This document shows, one piece after another, positions 1 through 46,237 of a DNA stretch of 64,000 nt (position 1 is the stretch's first letter; every line of letters starts with the position of its first letter). The stretch comes from Hormiphora californensis (taxonomy: Eukaryota; Animalia; Ctenophora): the NCBI GenBank assembly GCA_020137815.1, contig CM035353.1, positions 7,750,001 through 7,814,000 of the forward strand, written 5' to 3'. A program made the position numbers and the translations under genes. The notes beneath the pieces were generated by a model that saw only the letters and a program-made list of their open reading frames with translations, had not been told where the DNA came from and made no database searches.

Positions 1-187
1 AACTCACGTACGCAGCATATAATATTGAAGGCAGCCATTAGGTCATGCAGCAACACAGCAAACCACCTCACACACTACAACACACTTGGTTCTCTTTTAT
101 TCACACTTCCTAACCAGAACAGTACCCCTCTCAGTGAGATACAAGCACACTCCCTAACTAGAACAGTACCCCTCTCAGAGATATATA

Positions 188-8987
<8,800 letters not shown>

Positions 8988-9220
8988 CGTGTGTGGACTG
9001 GACCTTCTTTTGTAGATTCGAGATATATGTTCAATTGGTTTCCCAAGTTTTTATGTTCTGGTGATATTGGTTTATATAGTAAATTATTTGTATAACAAGT
9101 AGTAGATTAAAAAAATTCAGACCAAATTTACTGTGTTTAGTTGTCTCCCCCTTAACAGTGAACACCCTTATAACAATGAATGTTGCTCTTATCTAGGCCC
9201 CCTCTCTCTCCAGACACACC

Positions 9221-17579
<8,359 letters not shown>

Positions 17580-17836
17580 ACAATTGAGTACAGTTGAATT
17601 GTTCTCATTATACAGTAATAACAGACTACAAAGACAGAGTGTGAAAATATCGGACATTTATGTGAAAAGTTTTTGGGATGTTTTTTCTCTTATGGAGAGG
17701 TATTGCAAGGACCAACGTCCTGCTATTGTGAACCCAGGCCGGTACTACTTCTACATATCCCGTCTCCCAAGTACCTCACAGGGGACAGGAGGGCCTGTGA
17801 TTTGAGTAGTTAACACTTTATGTATCTGAATAGCTA

Positions 17837-17991
17837 TAAAGTCGGATTTTTTGAAGTTGTCACCCCAAAATGACCGCGCATGTGAAATTTATCAATTTTG
17901 ACGCGCACACCACACGTTAACATGTGATGTGACGCGCAAAAACATTCCGCGCACGAAAAGGGGGGTGACAACTTCAAAAAATCCGACTTTA
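17837..17991. mobile_element. MITE with ~30-bp TIRs
   Basis: TAAAGTCGGATTTTTTGAAGTTGTCACCCC...GGGGTGACAACTTCAAAAAATCCGACTTTA. Confidence 0.7.
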
Positions 17992-18189
17992 GTATACATT
18001 CATGATTCAAGTTCATTAGTGTTGTCCAGAAAAATAAAACTAGAGCAGAGTTATTGTTTTTCATGTTCTGGACTGGCCTATAGCAACTGGAGGTGTTTTA
18101 TTTCATATCTGCACGTATCATATATATTCATTTTTACAATTTTCATTTGATTTTTGTGTTCTGCTAAGTAATTTACCGTCTTTATTTGC

Positions 18190-18370
18190 ATAAACCGCAG
18201 GCGCGATATAATTGCAATTTATGCGCAATAGAGTGGCGCGCGTAATTTTCAGATCTATTCAAGCGCGCGCGAAAATAATTTCTCGAAATTCTGAAGTTTT
18301 GTGAACCTCTTTTTTTTTCACTGGATCAGTTTTTGCTGACAAACGCGCCAGAAAGCGATTTTGACGTCCC
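18190..18370 (+). promoter_or_regulatory. CG-rich putative promoter of the CECR2-like gene
   Basis: Local cluster of GCGCGC and an E2F-like GCGCGAAAA in otherwise CpG-poor DNA, just upstream of ATG 18391. Confidence 0.5.
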
Positions 18371-18390
18371 CTTAAGCTCATTCCTGTGAA

Positions 18391-36414
<18,024 letters not shown>

Positions 36415-37194
36415 TTCCATCATCTCGACCAGAGTTATCTGACAATATGGACATACCCCTGTTATAAAACTGAACTGGAACTGAATTGCTCCCCAGGAAT
36501 ATATTTGTATGCAGTAATCAGACAGAGTTGGACGTTGTACGTTATGAGTAGCAGTATTATGATTTTGTGCAAATTCAGAAATGTGAGACAGAGAGAGAAA
36601 GAGACATAGAGATATGGAGATGTGTGTATCGTATCTAGGTTGTATTTGTGTGAGAGTGTGTGTTAATTATATTGCAAGATTAGGGCAAGATAAAATTGGA
36701 GGTATTTATCAATATCACATGATTATAATGTATTTGGAATAAAACTGGTGAGACATACCCATTTCATTGTGTATGTGTTTAGTTTTAAGAAATTGATAGA
36801 GAAAATAATTATTTACATTTAATTGTTATTATGTGTGTGCGTGTGTGACAATATCTGCACTATTGGGGCAGGTAATTGTAACTGGTATAAAGGGTTATCA
36901 CTTGGCTTTGGATAAATGTAATTATTGGACAGTCCGAGGTTTACATACTTTCTGTTATTTGAATAAACTGTTTTCTGGTAAGGAGTTTAATCATATATGA
37001 ATTATGAATAATATTAATAGGGAGAAACTGCAGCAAAAACCTGTTGGGATCTGTATTTATATTTACAACTATTTTTACTCAGTATATCCTCATTAAAATT
37101 CCGACTTAAAAAGGTGTCGTTTTACTTGTTATTGTTGTACGGTATGTAAGGGGTAACTCATGTCTTGCAGTTAAAAAGGGTGTCATGACATCAT

Positions 37195-37300
37195 TACCGA
37201 TGTGTGACGTCATTTGAGGCGCGCAATTATTACGCGCGGCGCGTTCCCAAAATCGCGCGCCGAATTTTCGAACCTGAATTTGGTCTGCAAAATTTACATT
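37195..37300 (+). promoter_or_regulatory. CG-rich putative promoter heading the TMBIM-PDZD8-VPS41 cluster
   Basis: TGACGTCA (CRE) plus a GCGCGC/CGCGCG cluster ~200 nt upstream of ATG 37447. Confidence 0.5.
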
Positions 37301-37446
37301 TTTGGCGATTTTTTTTTCGTTTTGACTTTTGAGTTTTGATTTTTAAAGTTTAGAAAAAAATCTTCGACGGCTCTCCTCATCGATTAATATTCATTCTTTG
37401 AGAAGTAATAGCGAGCAAATTATCTAATAGCGCCAATTTTTAGCGA

Positions 37447-38355
37447 ATGGCTGACACAGAAAAGGGGTCCGCTCCTCCGGCGTACGACCAAACTGGTGGA
37501 TATGGCGGGGCGGGTTACTCTGGTTACCCTCCACAGCAGGGATATCCACCTCAGCAGGGGTATCCACCTCAACAGGGGTATGCTGCAGAAACCTATCCTG
37601 CAGCTGGTTATCAGGACACCGGTGCAGGATACTACGCTGGGGATCCTGGACACACTTACGAGGATGACCTGATACGACCTGGTGGTAGCGGATTCTCTGA
37701 TGCCATAATTCGACGAGGTTTCATTAGAAAGGTTTACTTCATTCTGTTTGTTCAGTTTGCTGTCACCTCTATCTTCACCATGATCTTTTGTTTTAACGAT
37801 GCGGCTAAACAATGGTGTCAGACCCCCACTGCAGCGGCTCTAATGTGGGCCAACTTCGCTATCCTAATTGTCACTGAGATCGCCCTGATCTGCTGTGATG
37901 GTGTGAGGAGGAAGCACCCTCTAAACCTCATCGTGCTGGGAATCTTCACTGTCAGTATGTCCTTCTTTGTGGGTATCATCGCCTCTACCTACGAGCCTCA
38001 AGCAGTGTTCACAGCTGCTGGTGCAACTGCCCTCATCGTCCTCTCTCTCACCCTCTTCTCTTTCCAAACCAAGTTCGACTTCACAGGAGCTGGTCCCTAC
38101 CTCTTTGTTATCTTTATGTGTTTCATGATCTTTGGGTTCTTCGCTGCTATCTTTAGGAGCAACACCCTCAACATCGTGTACGCGTGTATTGGTGTTCTCA
38201 TCTTCTCCTGCTATCTGGTGTACGATACCCAGCTCCTTGTGGGGGGCAAGAAGTACGAGTTGAGTGAGGAAGAGTATGTGTTTGCAGCTCTTACCATCTA
38301 TATTGATGTCATTCAGATCTTCCTGTACCTTCTCGAATTATTCGGGAGGAGGTAA
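37447..38355 (+). CDS. Lifeguard/TMBIM (Bax inhibitor-1 family) protein, intronless, 302 aa
   Basis: Pro/Tyr/Gly-rich N-terminus (GYPPQQ repeats), IRRGFIRKVY, RRKHPLN, FQTKFDFT, YDTQL, LSEEEYVFAALTIYIDVIQIF. Confidence 0.95.
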   Translation: MADTEKGSAPPAYDQTGGYGGAGYSGYPPQQGYPPQQGYPPQQGYAAETYPAAGYQDTGAGYYAGDPGHTYEDDLIRPGGSGFSDAIIRRGFIRKVYFILFVQFAVTSIFTMIFCFNDAAKQWCQTPTAAALMWANFAILIVTEIALICCDGVRRKHPLNLIVLGIFTVSMSFFVGIIASTYEPQAVFTAAGATALIVLSLTLFSFQTKFDFTGAGPYLFVIFMCFMIFGFFAAIFRSNTLNIVYACIGVLIFSCYLVYDTQLLVGGKKYELSEEEYVFAALTIYIDVIQIFLYLLELFGRR

Positions 38356-38519
38356 ACTGTGAGCTACTACTCAACGTGCACTTTTTTTTGCAAAACACTC
38401 TTCTTCAAACAATATGATTTTCAAAAGTTTTTAATTGCTTCTTTTCCCGGCTAAACGTTAAGTTATGTTTTACTAACAATATTACATATTGTATTTTCAG
38501 CGTGATTATGTTAAATATA

Positions 38520-38672
38520 CAGTCGGACCCCGATTTAGTGGCATCCTCGGGGGGAAAAATTCTGCCACTAAATCGGGGTGCCACTAAATCAGGGTCAAAT
38601 AATGTTAATTTCCTATATCGGGGAAAAAATCCTGCCACTAAATCGGGGTGCCACTAAATCGGGGTCCGACTG
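38520..38672. mobile_element. Tc1/mariner-type MITE in the TMBIM-PDZD8 intergenic gap
   Basis: TA|CAGTCGGACCCCGATTTAGTGGCA...TGCCACTAAATCGGGGTCCGACTG|TA, with internal copies of the TIR motif. Confidence 0.85.
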
Positions 38673-38797
38673 TATTTGCATGTTACAAATAACTTGGAAT
38701 GAAATTGTCGTGTTTTCATGTTTCTTCATGTACACAACTACACATCAATATAACATCAATGAATTACTAACTTCCCTTCCTATCTAGAGCCCTAGCA

Positions 38798-40936
38798 ATG
38801 TTGTTTATCCTCTTCGTCTCCTTCCTATCTGGGTTTCTCTTCCTCCTACTTCTTCAGTTCACGCTCCTAGCTGTCTGGTTCCTAACACAGCCCAGGGAGA
38901 GATCCAACTACAGTCCCACCCCTCCACCCCACCCTCCTCCAAACTTGGACCCTTCCTATGTTGACTCTCTCCTGTCAGGGATTCTCAAATCTCCCTCCTC
39001 AGAGTCCTTTGTTAACGCTCTATCACTGTTCCTGTTCCAAGAACTAAAGGACAGTGCTCATGTGAGGGCAGCCCTGTTACTCAGACTGAACAATGAAATA
39101 GCAGCTGAGCTGAGTAGTAGCAAGCTGAAATCCAGGATCATTAAAAGTATAAAGATTCACAACATTGTGACAGGGTCGGCACCCCCTAAAATCTCTAACA
39201 TCCGCCACAAGTTGTCCATGTCCTCTGAGACTCCTGGGGTGTTTAGAAAGTGTCATCTTACTGCTGATGTAGAGTATGAGGGGTGTGGGAAGCTAGCCCT
39301 ACAAGCAGAAACCTTCCTAGGTAAACACATCTACTTGGCGGTAAAGGTTGTGAAACTCCAAGGAACTGCTATTTTCATACTAAACAGAGAGCCACAAACC
39401 CACTGGGGGTTTTGTTTTGAGTCTGAACCTGAGGTGATATTGAGTGTGGTTAGTTCCCTACAACAAAGGAGTCTACCTAAACTAACACGGGTTATAACAT
39501 CTGTAATCAAGAGGACCATTAGGAGGAAACACACTAAACCCAACTATAAGAAACGCTATGCACCACTCTTTCCTGAACCCAGTATCCCTATCAATCAGCA
39601 GATATTGTTGTGTCAGCAACCTCTGAACTCTGGGAAACTACTGGTTAAGATAGTTAGTGCCAATAGGGTTATATCAGGGCAGCGTCATCTGGCTAACAAC
39701 ACACCTGGGCTGCAGTATTATTGTACAATTGGGCTTGGTTGTGAGGCCTGGAATGCGGAGTGTTGCCCCCTCAGGCAGATCAGTACATTTGACACTGTGA
39801 TAGAGAATGTGGGGGCTGCAGGTATAGGGCTGCAGTTTAGTGAGACTGAGGGGGTGGATGGGAAGAGTCAACTGGTTATAGAGGATATCCACAAGAACTC
39901 ACCCGCTGCGGATACTCCACTAAAACAGGGAGATGTGGTGACAGCAATCAATGACAAAAGGGTTGTCTCCTTCAAATCTGCCCTGTCTGCCTCCCTCTCC
40001 ACTAACCGGGCCCGACTCTCAGTCCGGCGGCCCCTCCTCAGATGGAATGGAATCTTCACAACAGGGGATGTGTCCCAGGACCAGCTACCAGAGTCCTCTA
40101 CCCAGAAGGCAGGAGGGGTGTTTGTGGAGGAGGAGGAGTTCATGGTGTTGCTGGAGGAGGAAGAGAAGGGGGTGGAGCCAGGAGGGGAGGGGTGTCTTAA
40201 TGAGGGGGAGGTGTTCCTCAGAACCGGGCCATGTGGGGCTACTGTGGCACCATACTGGGATGAATCCTTCCTGCTCCCATTACAGGAGGACAGCCAGTAC
40301 CTCACTGTTTGTCTGTGGGGGAGTGATGAGAGGAAGGGGAACCCAGTTCTGATAGGGTTCGCTAACATAGAGCTGGGGGATATAGCGTTACAATGTATAG
40401 CTACCACTAGTAACATGTATAATGACTCCATAACACTGGCCCTCCCAGTGCACTTAAAGTGGCAGGAGAGTGGTACAGGACCCCTTCCCTCACTACCCAC
40501 TCAGCTGCCTAAGATGGAGACTATAGCAGGTGAGGTGAAGGTACAGTTCTTGTTATGTATTGATCCTGGTGATGATGATACCCCGTCATGCGAGCACAAC
40601 TTCCACCCCGCACAGATACAGGAGAGTGAGGTGTGTGGAGGGTGTGGGAAGGGGTTCCCTCACAACACATGTCGTGCCTGTATATACTGTGGTGAGGCAC
40701 GACACGAGGGGTGTCTGACTGCTTCTAGCAGTAGTGGGAAGCAGAGGAGGCGACACACAGGGGGTATGAAGAAACCAGCTAGTACTGCACACAGACAGAG
40801 ATCTCAAACCACAGCAACAACACCATCTGGTCGACTGTCTTCCTTCCTCAAGGATAGGAGGTGGAATAGAGATGGAGCTGGGGGCAGGATTAGAAAGAGG
40901 ATGTGGACTCTAGGGGGTGGGGGAGAGACATTATAG
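38798..40936 (+). CDS. PDZD8: PDZ domain-containing protein 8-like ER-endosome tether (TM, SMP, split C2 with PDZ, C1), intronless, 712 aa
   Basis: N-terminal TM; FLFQELKDS; IKRTIRRKHTKPNYKKRYAPLFP (PDZD8 SMP end); PDZ GIGLQF..NSPAADTPLKQGDVVTAIN; C2 PYWDESF; C1-like HNF..CGGC..CIYC..HEGC. Confidence 0.9.
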   Translation: MLFILFVSFLSGFLFLLLLQFTLLAVWFLTQPRERSNYSPTPPPHPPPNLDPSYVDSLLSGILKSPSSESFVNALSLFLFQELKDSAHVRAALLLRLNNEIAAELSSSKLKSRIIKSIKIHNIVTGSAPPKISNIRHKLSMSSETPGVFRKCHLTADVEYEGCGKLALQAETFLGKHIYLAVKVVKLQGTAIFILNREPQTHWGFCFESEPEVILSVVSSLQQRSLPKLTRVITSVIKRTIRRKHTKPNYKKRYAPLFPEPSIPINQQILLCQQPLNSGKLLVKIVSANRVISGQRHLANNTPGLQYYCTIGLGCEAWNAECCPLRQISTFDTVIENVGAAGIGLQFSETEGVDGKSQLVIEDIHKNSPAADTPLKQGDVVTAINDKRVVSFKSALSASLSTNRARLSVRRPLLRWNGIFTTGDVSQDQLPESSTQKAGGVFVEEEEFMVLLEEEEKGVEPGGEGCLNEGEVFLRTGPCGATVAPYWDESFLLPLQEDSQYLTVCLWGSDERKGNPVLIGFANIELGDIALQCIATTSNMYNDSITLALPVHLKWQESGTGPLPSLPTQLPKMETIAGEVKVQFLLCIDPGDDDTPSCEHNFHPAQIQESEVCGGCGKGFPHNTCRACIYCGEARHEGCLTASSSSGKQRRRHTGGMKKPASTAHRQRSQTTATTPSGRLSSFLKDRRWNRDGAGGRIRKRMWTLGGGGETL

Positions 40937-41327
40937 AGTTGTTTTGAAAATGTTTTAGTGTTTGATTTCAGAGTTTTATACGATAAGTTATGTGTTTTTA
41001 AAGGAATTGATTTGATATTTTTCTAATGATTTGCAGAAAGAATTTTATAAATTGGTAACGTCTTTGTTTTCAAATAATACCCCTTTCTCTACCTATCTCA
41101 ACCCACGTCCCAACTCCTGAGCCCAAGTGTGCGGTACAACTCCCCCTCTCAGTACCCCCCACTCCACCAACTACCCCCTCACAAACCACTCAAAAATTCC
41201 CCACTCTACCAAATGGCAAATACTCCTTCTCTCAACTCCGCACTCTACTTAAGTTACTCCCCCTCTCCCCCGACTCTACCAACTACTCCCCATCTCAACT
41301 CCCCACTCAACCCGCTATCCCTCAGTA

Positions 41328-43972
41328 ATGGCGAGCACGTCAGGTGAGCCACCTCCTGTGGACCCTGTGGATGAGGCAGCAGCAATATACTCAGTAGAGG
41401 ATGCAGTAGAGCCCAGTACAGCTGCTACATCCCGTGCAGAATCTGAGGAAGAGGAGGATGAGGAGGAAGATGAGACTGAACCAACACTAAAATACGAGAG
41501 GTCCATTAGGAATGACTTGAAGGACAGGATATTTCCCCACACTAAGATAACTAAGGTAGCGGTTCATGAGAAGTTCATAGTACTGGGAGACATCAGAGGC
41601 CAGGTGTATCTGCTGGATCATAGTGGTACCATTATACGCCAGATCAATGCCCACAAGGGGGCTGTTACGTGCCTCACTATCGACCTAACTGGAGAGTACA
41701 TAGCATCTTCCTCACGATATGATCAGAATCTAGTGATAAAGGGGCTATACAAGGAGTCATCAGAGAGGGATTCTTCGGAGATGTTCCGTCAGCCTGTCCA
41801 CTCAGTTGAACTAGGCCCAGAGTTCTCATCACAAGGTCACTACGTTATAGGTACAGACAGGGTGATATTGAACGAGAAAGGGTTCTTTGGGTCCAAGAGG
41901 ACCTCCCTTCATGCGGGAGAGGGCCCTATCTGGACAGTGAAGTGGAGGAACACCTTCATAGCATGGGCTAATGACCTGGGCGTCAAGATATACGATACAA
42001 ACAGTAGGAAGCTGATCACTAAGATCGCTAGGGACCCCAAATCACCCGCCCCTGCTGATTATCACTGCCACATCTGTTGGTATAGTGGGGTCTCCCTGTT
42101 AGTAGGGTGGGCCAACACTATCAAGATCTGTCAGGTGCGACCTAGGACTAGCAGTGATTCAGCTGACCTGCCTCCCTATTATGTAGAGGTGATGAACATT
42201 ATCTACCTGGACCACTATGTCTCAGGGATAGGGGCCCAACCTGGGGACAAGATAATATCTCTGGGTTACAACCCCCCTGATAACAACAAGAAACCTATCA
42301 GACCTTGTGTTCGAATCACAGCGTTTAGTGGTCAGGAGCTCTCCCTGGAGGAGTTATCTATTAAGGGGTTTGAGAGCTGCAAAGCCAATGATTACAATAT
42401 GAGTGTGCTAGCAGTGGACCACTATGTGTATATCTCAGCTCCTTGTGATCTTATTATCGCTAAACCTAGGGACACTACTGATAAAGTGGAGTGGCTGATC
42501 TCAAAACACCGCTACGAGGAGGCACTGGAGATTGTGAAGGATGGAGGAGTGGAGAAACACACATACAAATCAGTGGGTCAACTCTACCTGGCATACCTGA
42601 GGGATAGGGGCCAGTTTGAAACATGTGCCAGGCTGTGTAAAGATATCATTGGAGAGGATGCCGAGGCTTGGAGTAGGGAGATTGTAGCATTTCATAACTG
42701 TAAGAAACTAACCATCCTCTGTCAGTATATTCCAATCCACAAACCCAGATTAGATTCATGGACCTACGAACTAGCACTATCATCCTTCCTCCAACTCCAC
42801 GAGTTTAAACAGTTCGGGGAGTACCTTGGAGAAATGGCCCCCTGAGATCTGTGGACAGAAGGCGCTAATCAACTACCTAGTGGGTGTTAGTCAAGGAGGT
42901 GAAGAATACTCACCCAGACTATGTGTACTTGTTCAAGTGCCTTGCTTTACTGTACGAGTACAATGAGGACTATATCAACTCCCTGTTTCTATACATCAAA
43001 CTGGACTGTGATAGAGCGTTCGACCTGATAGGAAGGTACAACTTGTTCCACTCTCTAGAGGGGGATGACAGGGTATATAGACTGCTCAAGAAGAATGAGA
43101 CCAAGGCTATAGAACTGTTTGTACAGAACACTGAGAAGATACCAGTATCAATGGTAGTAAAGGAGTTGAAACACAAGAACGAGCTAGATAAACCTACTAT
43201 GATTGAGAAGAAGAAGCAGTACCTGTATAGGTATCTAGATGAACTCTTCCAGTCGGACCCTGAGGCTGGGGACGATTATCATGGTGAAATGATAGCGCTG
43301 TACGCAGAATATGACACCACTAAGGATAAAGTTAAGTTGATGAGGTTCCTCAAAGAGAGCACTAAATACCCTATAGATAGGGCGTATGAGATATGTGAGA
43401 CAAGAAGGTTGTACGAGGCACAGGTGTATCTGCTGACTAAAATGGGACGTTCCATGAAGGCCCTGTCCCTACTGATCGACAAGCTGGGTGATATCTCTGC
43501 AGCTATAGAGTTCTGTAAGGAGGAAGAGGACAAGGAGTTGTGGGATAACTTGTTGAAGAAGGCAACAGAGAGTAGGAAACCCTCCTTTATTACAGGGCTG
43601 CTACAGAATATTGGGACCCACATCAACCCAAAGGACCTGATAGCCTGGATACCTAATGGACAAAGGATAGAGGGACTGCGGGACAGTCTGGTTAAGATCC
43701 TTCAGGATTATAAACTACAGGTTAATCTAAATGAGGGGTACAAGAGGGTGTTTGTTAACGATACTGTAACACTCGGTAAAAACATGAGATCCATGGCACG
43801 GCGAGGTACCCATATTGACGAGTCCACAACATGTCAGCTGTGTACCAACCCCCTAATACAGGAACATGAGGCATTCCTGGGAGATGTGACTGTCTTCTTT
43901 TGTGGGCACGCCTACCATAATGACACCTGTCTGCGAGGCAGGGAGTTCTGTGTGTCGTGTGTTAAGAGTTGA
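41328..43972 (+). CDS. VPS41: Vacuolar protein sorting 41 (HOPS subunit), intronless, split by two apparent 1-bp insertions near 42828 and 42883
   Basis: EPTLKYER, WD40-like N-terminus, LHAGEGPIWTVKWRNTFIAWAND, clathrin-repeat region AIEFCKEEEDKELW, IEGLRDSLVKILQDY, C-terminal RING-H2 (CQLC...FFCGHAYH..C..C..C). Confidence 0.93.
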
Positions 43973-44175
43973 TTGTTTGTGTACATGATGTATGTGTATT
44001 GATTTTATTGTTGTTGTTTCAGATTGACATGGTATAAATCTTGATTTTGTATCCTCACTCTTCTGTTCTTGCCCTCCTGAACCCCCTATAACACCCTCCT
44101 ACTTGGCTCTCCTACTTGCCCCCTCTAACACCCTCCTACTTGCCCCCCTCTAACAACCCTCCTATTTGTAGCGAC

Positions 44176-44893
44176 ATGGAACCTCCCCCACCGGACTACA
44201 ACTCTGCCACCCATAAAGGAGCTGAGGCTGGATATAATCCAGGTTACCCACCAGGCCAGGCTGGTTACCCACCAGGCCAGGCAGGTTACGCTGGATACAG
44301 TCAGCCAGGAGCAGAGTACCCACCTGGGGGTTATCCACCTCAAGCTGGGGGTTATCCGCCAGTTGCTGGTGCTGCTTACCCACCTCAGGGAGGATACCCA
44401 CCCTCTCAGGGAGGATACCCACCTCAGGCAGGATACCCACCCTCTCAGGCCGGATATCCACCTGCAGCTGGAGGATATCCACCTGCAGCTGGATATCCAG
44501 CAGCAGCCCCAGGACCTGCCTACCCTGCCCCTGTGGGTGGCGACTACAACAACACAGGGTACCCCAAAGAAACCCGGGCAGCCTCCCTGGATAACCTGGA
44601 GGCGGGGTATGATAATGGTAGTATGCTCAGACAAGGAAGGAGGGGTCTAACTGACCAGATAATTAGACGAGCCTTTATCCGGAAGGTTTATATGATACTG
44701 TGTCTACAGTTTGCAGTTACAGTGGGAGCTATATTCCTTGTTCGATATGTGGTGGGGAAGGGGCTGTTGAGCTCCACGGGCAACATGATCCTCACTTGGA
44801 CATGTTTCGCTATCTTCTTGATCGCAGAGATCGTACTGGTGAGTACAGAGGAGATGGAGGTTGCTATCTTTCTTTCTGATCTCTACAGCGTGA

Positions 44894-44950
<57 letters not shown>

Positions 44951-45647
44951 GGTGTGTTGTGACAGTGTGAGAAGGAAGCATCCTATCAACATTATAATAC
45001 TGGGTATATTCACCCTCGCTATGAGCGGCTTTGTTGGTGGAATCTGTATCTACTATAGCATTGACGCCGTGTTGATCGCAATGGGCAGCTGCTGTATCAT
45101 AACGGTGAGAGAGAACGTTAGGGGGACTGAGATGCTGCTATTTAGACTTTAGTTGCCTTGTTATAATATGCCAAGTACTTATTAAACCATGTGGACAACC
45201 ATGTATTAAACCTCTCACCCAGGTTGGATTGACTCTGTTCGCGATGCAGACCAAGTTTGACATCACAGGAAAGGGAGCCTACATCTTCGTTATATTCCTA
45301 GTGTTCTTCTGCTTTGGATTCTTCGCTGCAATATTCTCCAGTCGAATTATGCAGGTATGAAGTCAGTTATTGGGACTTCCCCGTGTCAATTGGGGTGAAA
45401 TATTTCATGATAATTTAGTACAGATGTATAACCCTATTAACTCACTTCCCTCCTCTCTCTGTAGGTGGTGTATGGCTGTGTTGGAGTGTTGGTGTTCTCA
45501 CTCTTCCTAGTGTACGATACCCAACTACTACTTGGTGGTAGGAAGTACGAGTTGAGTGAGGAAGAGTATGTGTTTGCAGCTCTTACCATCTATATTGATG
45601 TCATTCAGATCTTCCTGTACCTTCTCAGTATCTTGGGAAATGACTAA
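44176..45647 (+). CDS. Second Lifeguard/TMBIM paralog, 4 exons (44176-44838, 44952-45104, 45223-45354, 45465-45647)
   Basis: MEPPPPDY, GYPP repeats, IRRAFIRKVY, RRKHPIN, QTKFDIT, YDTQLLLGGRKYELSEEEYVFAAL. Confidence 0.93.
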
Positions 45648-46237
45648 TTAGTGCGGCGTGATCCATCAAACAAAGCCCTCCTGGCCCTGGATGTATAATT
45701 GTACAACTAGATAGCCTGTGCAGTGTGCGTGTGTGTCTACATCTCCTGGCAGATATTACATCTAGAGCCTGTGTGTGTCTACATCTCTAGAGAGAGGGAC
45801 CTCAAGAACATACATGTGTAGCTTCGGTGTGTGCTGTAAATGAAAATAATCAAAACAATATTGTGTATTCACTTTGTTTTAAAGGTATTAATATTTAAAT
45901 AATCCTGATCAGAGCATGGAAATACAATTTAAATATTTCATAGCTTTATCGAGAAACAATATACCGAAAATAAGAATACGTTGGTTTGTGAAATATGATG
46001 CTTCGGCATTCGCTCTGGCAAAAAGTTAATTGAAGAAAAGAGGAAAAAATATATAAGTGTGCAGTGTAAAATGTAGATGCTTTATTTTGTATAATAGAAC
46101 GCAACATGGTTATTTTCTTAAAATAGTTGGTATACATTTTAGAATCCTCGTTACTTTTGTAGCGCCTCATTTTCTACCCCAATTATTCCTTATAAGGAAC
46201 TCTAGAGAGTGAGAAGGAACAATGTCGAGGTAGCAGT

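Noticed and set aside
42803-42895. Small intron explaining the VPS41 break
   Set aside because: The GT-AG pairs I tested give stops or the wrong frame and would delete the conserved WP.
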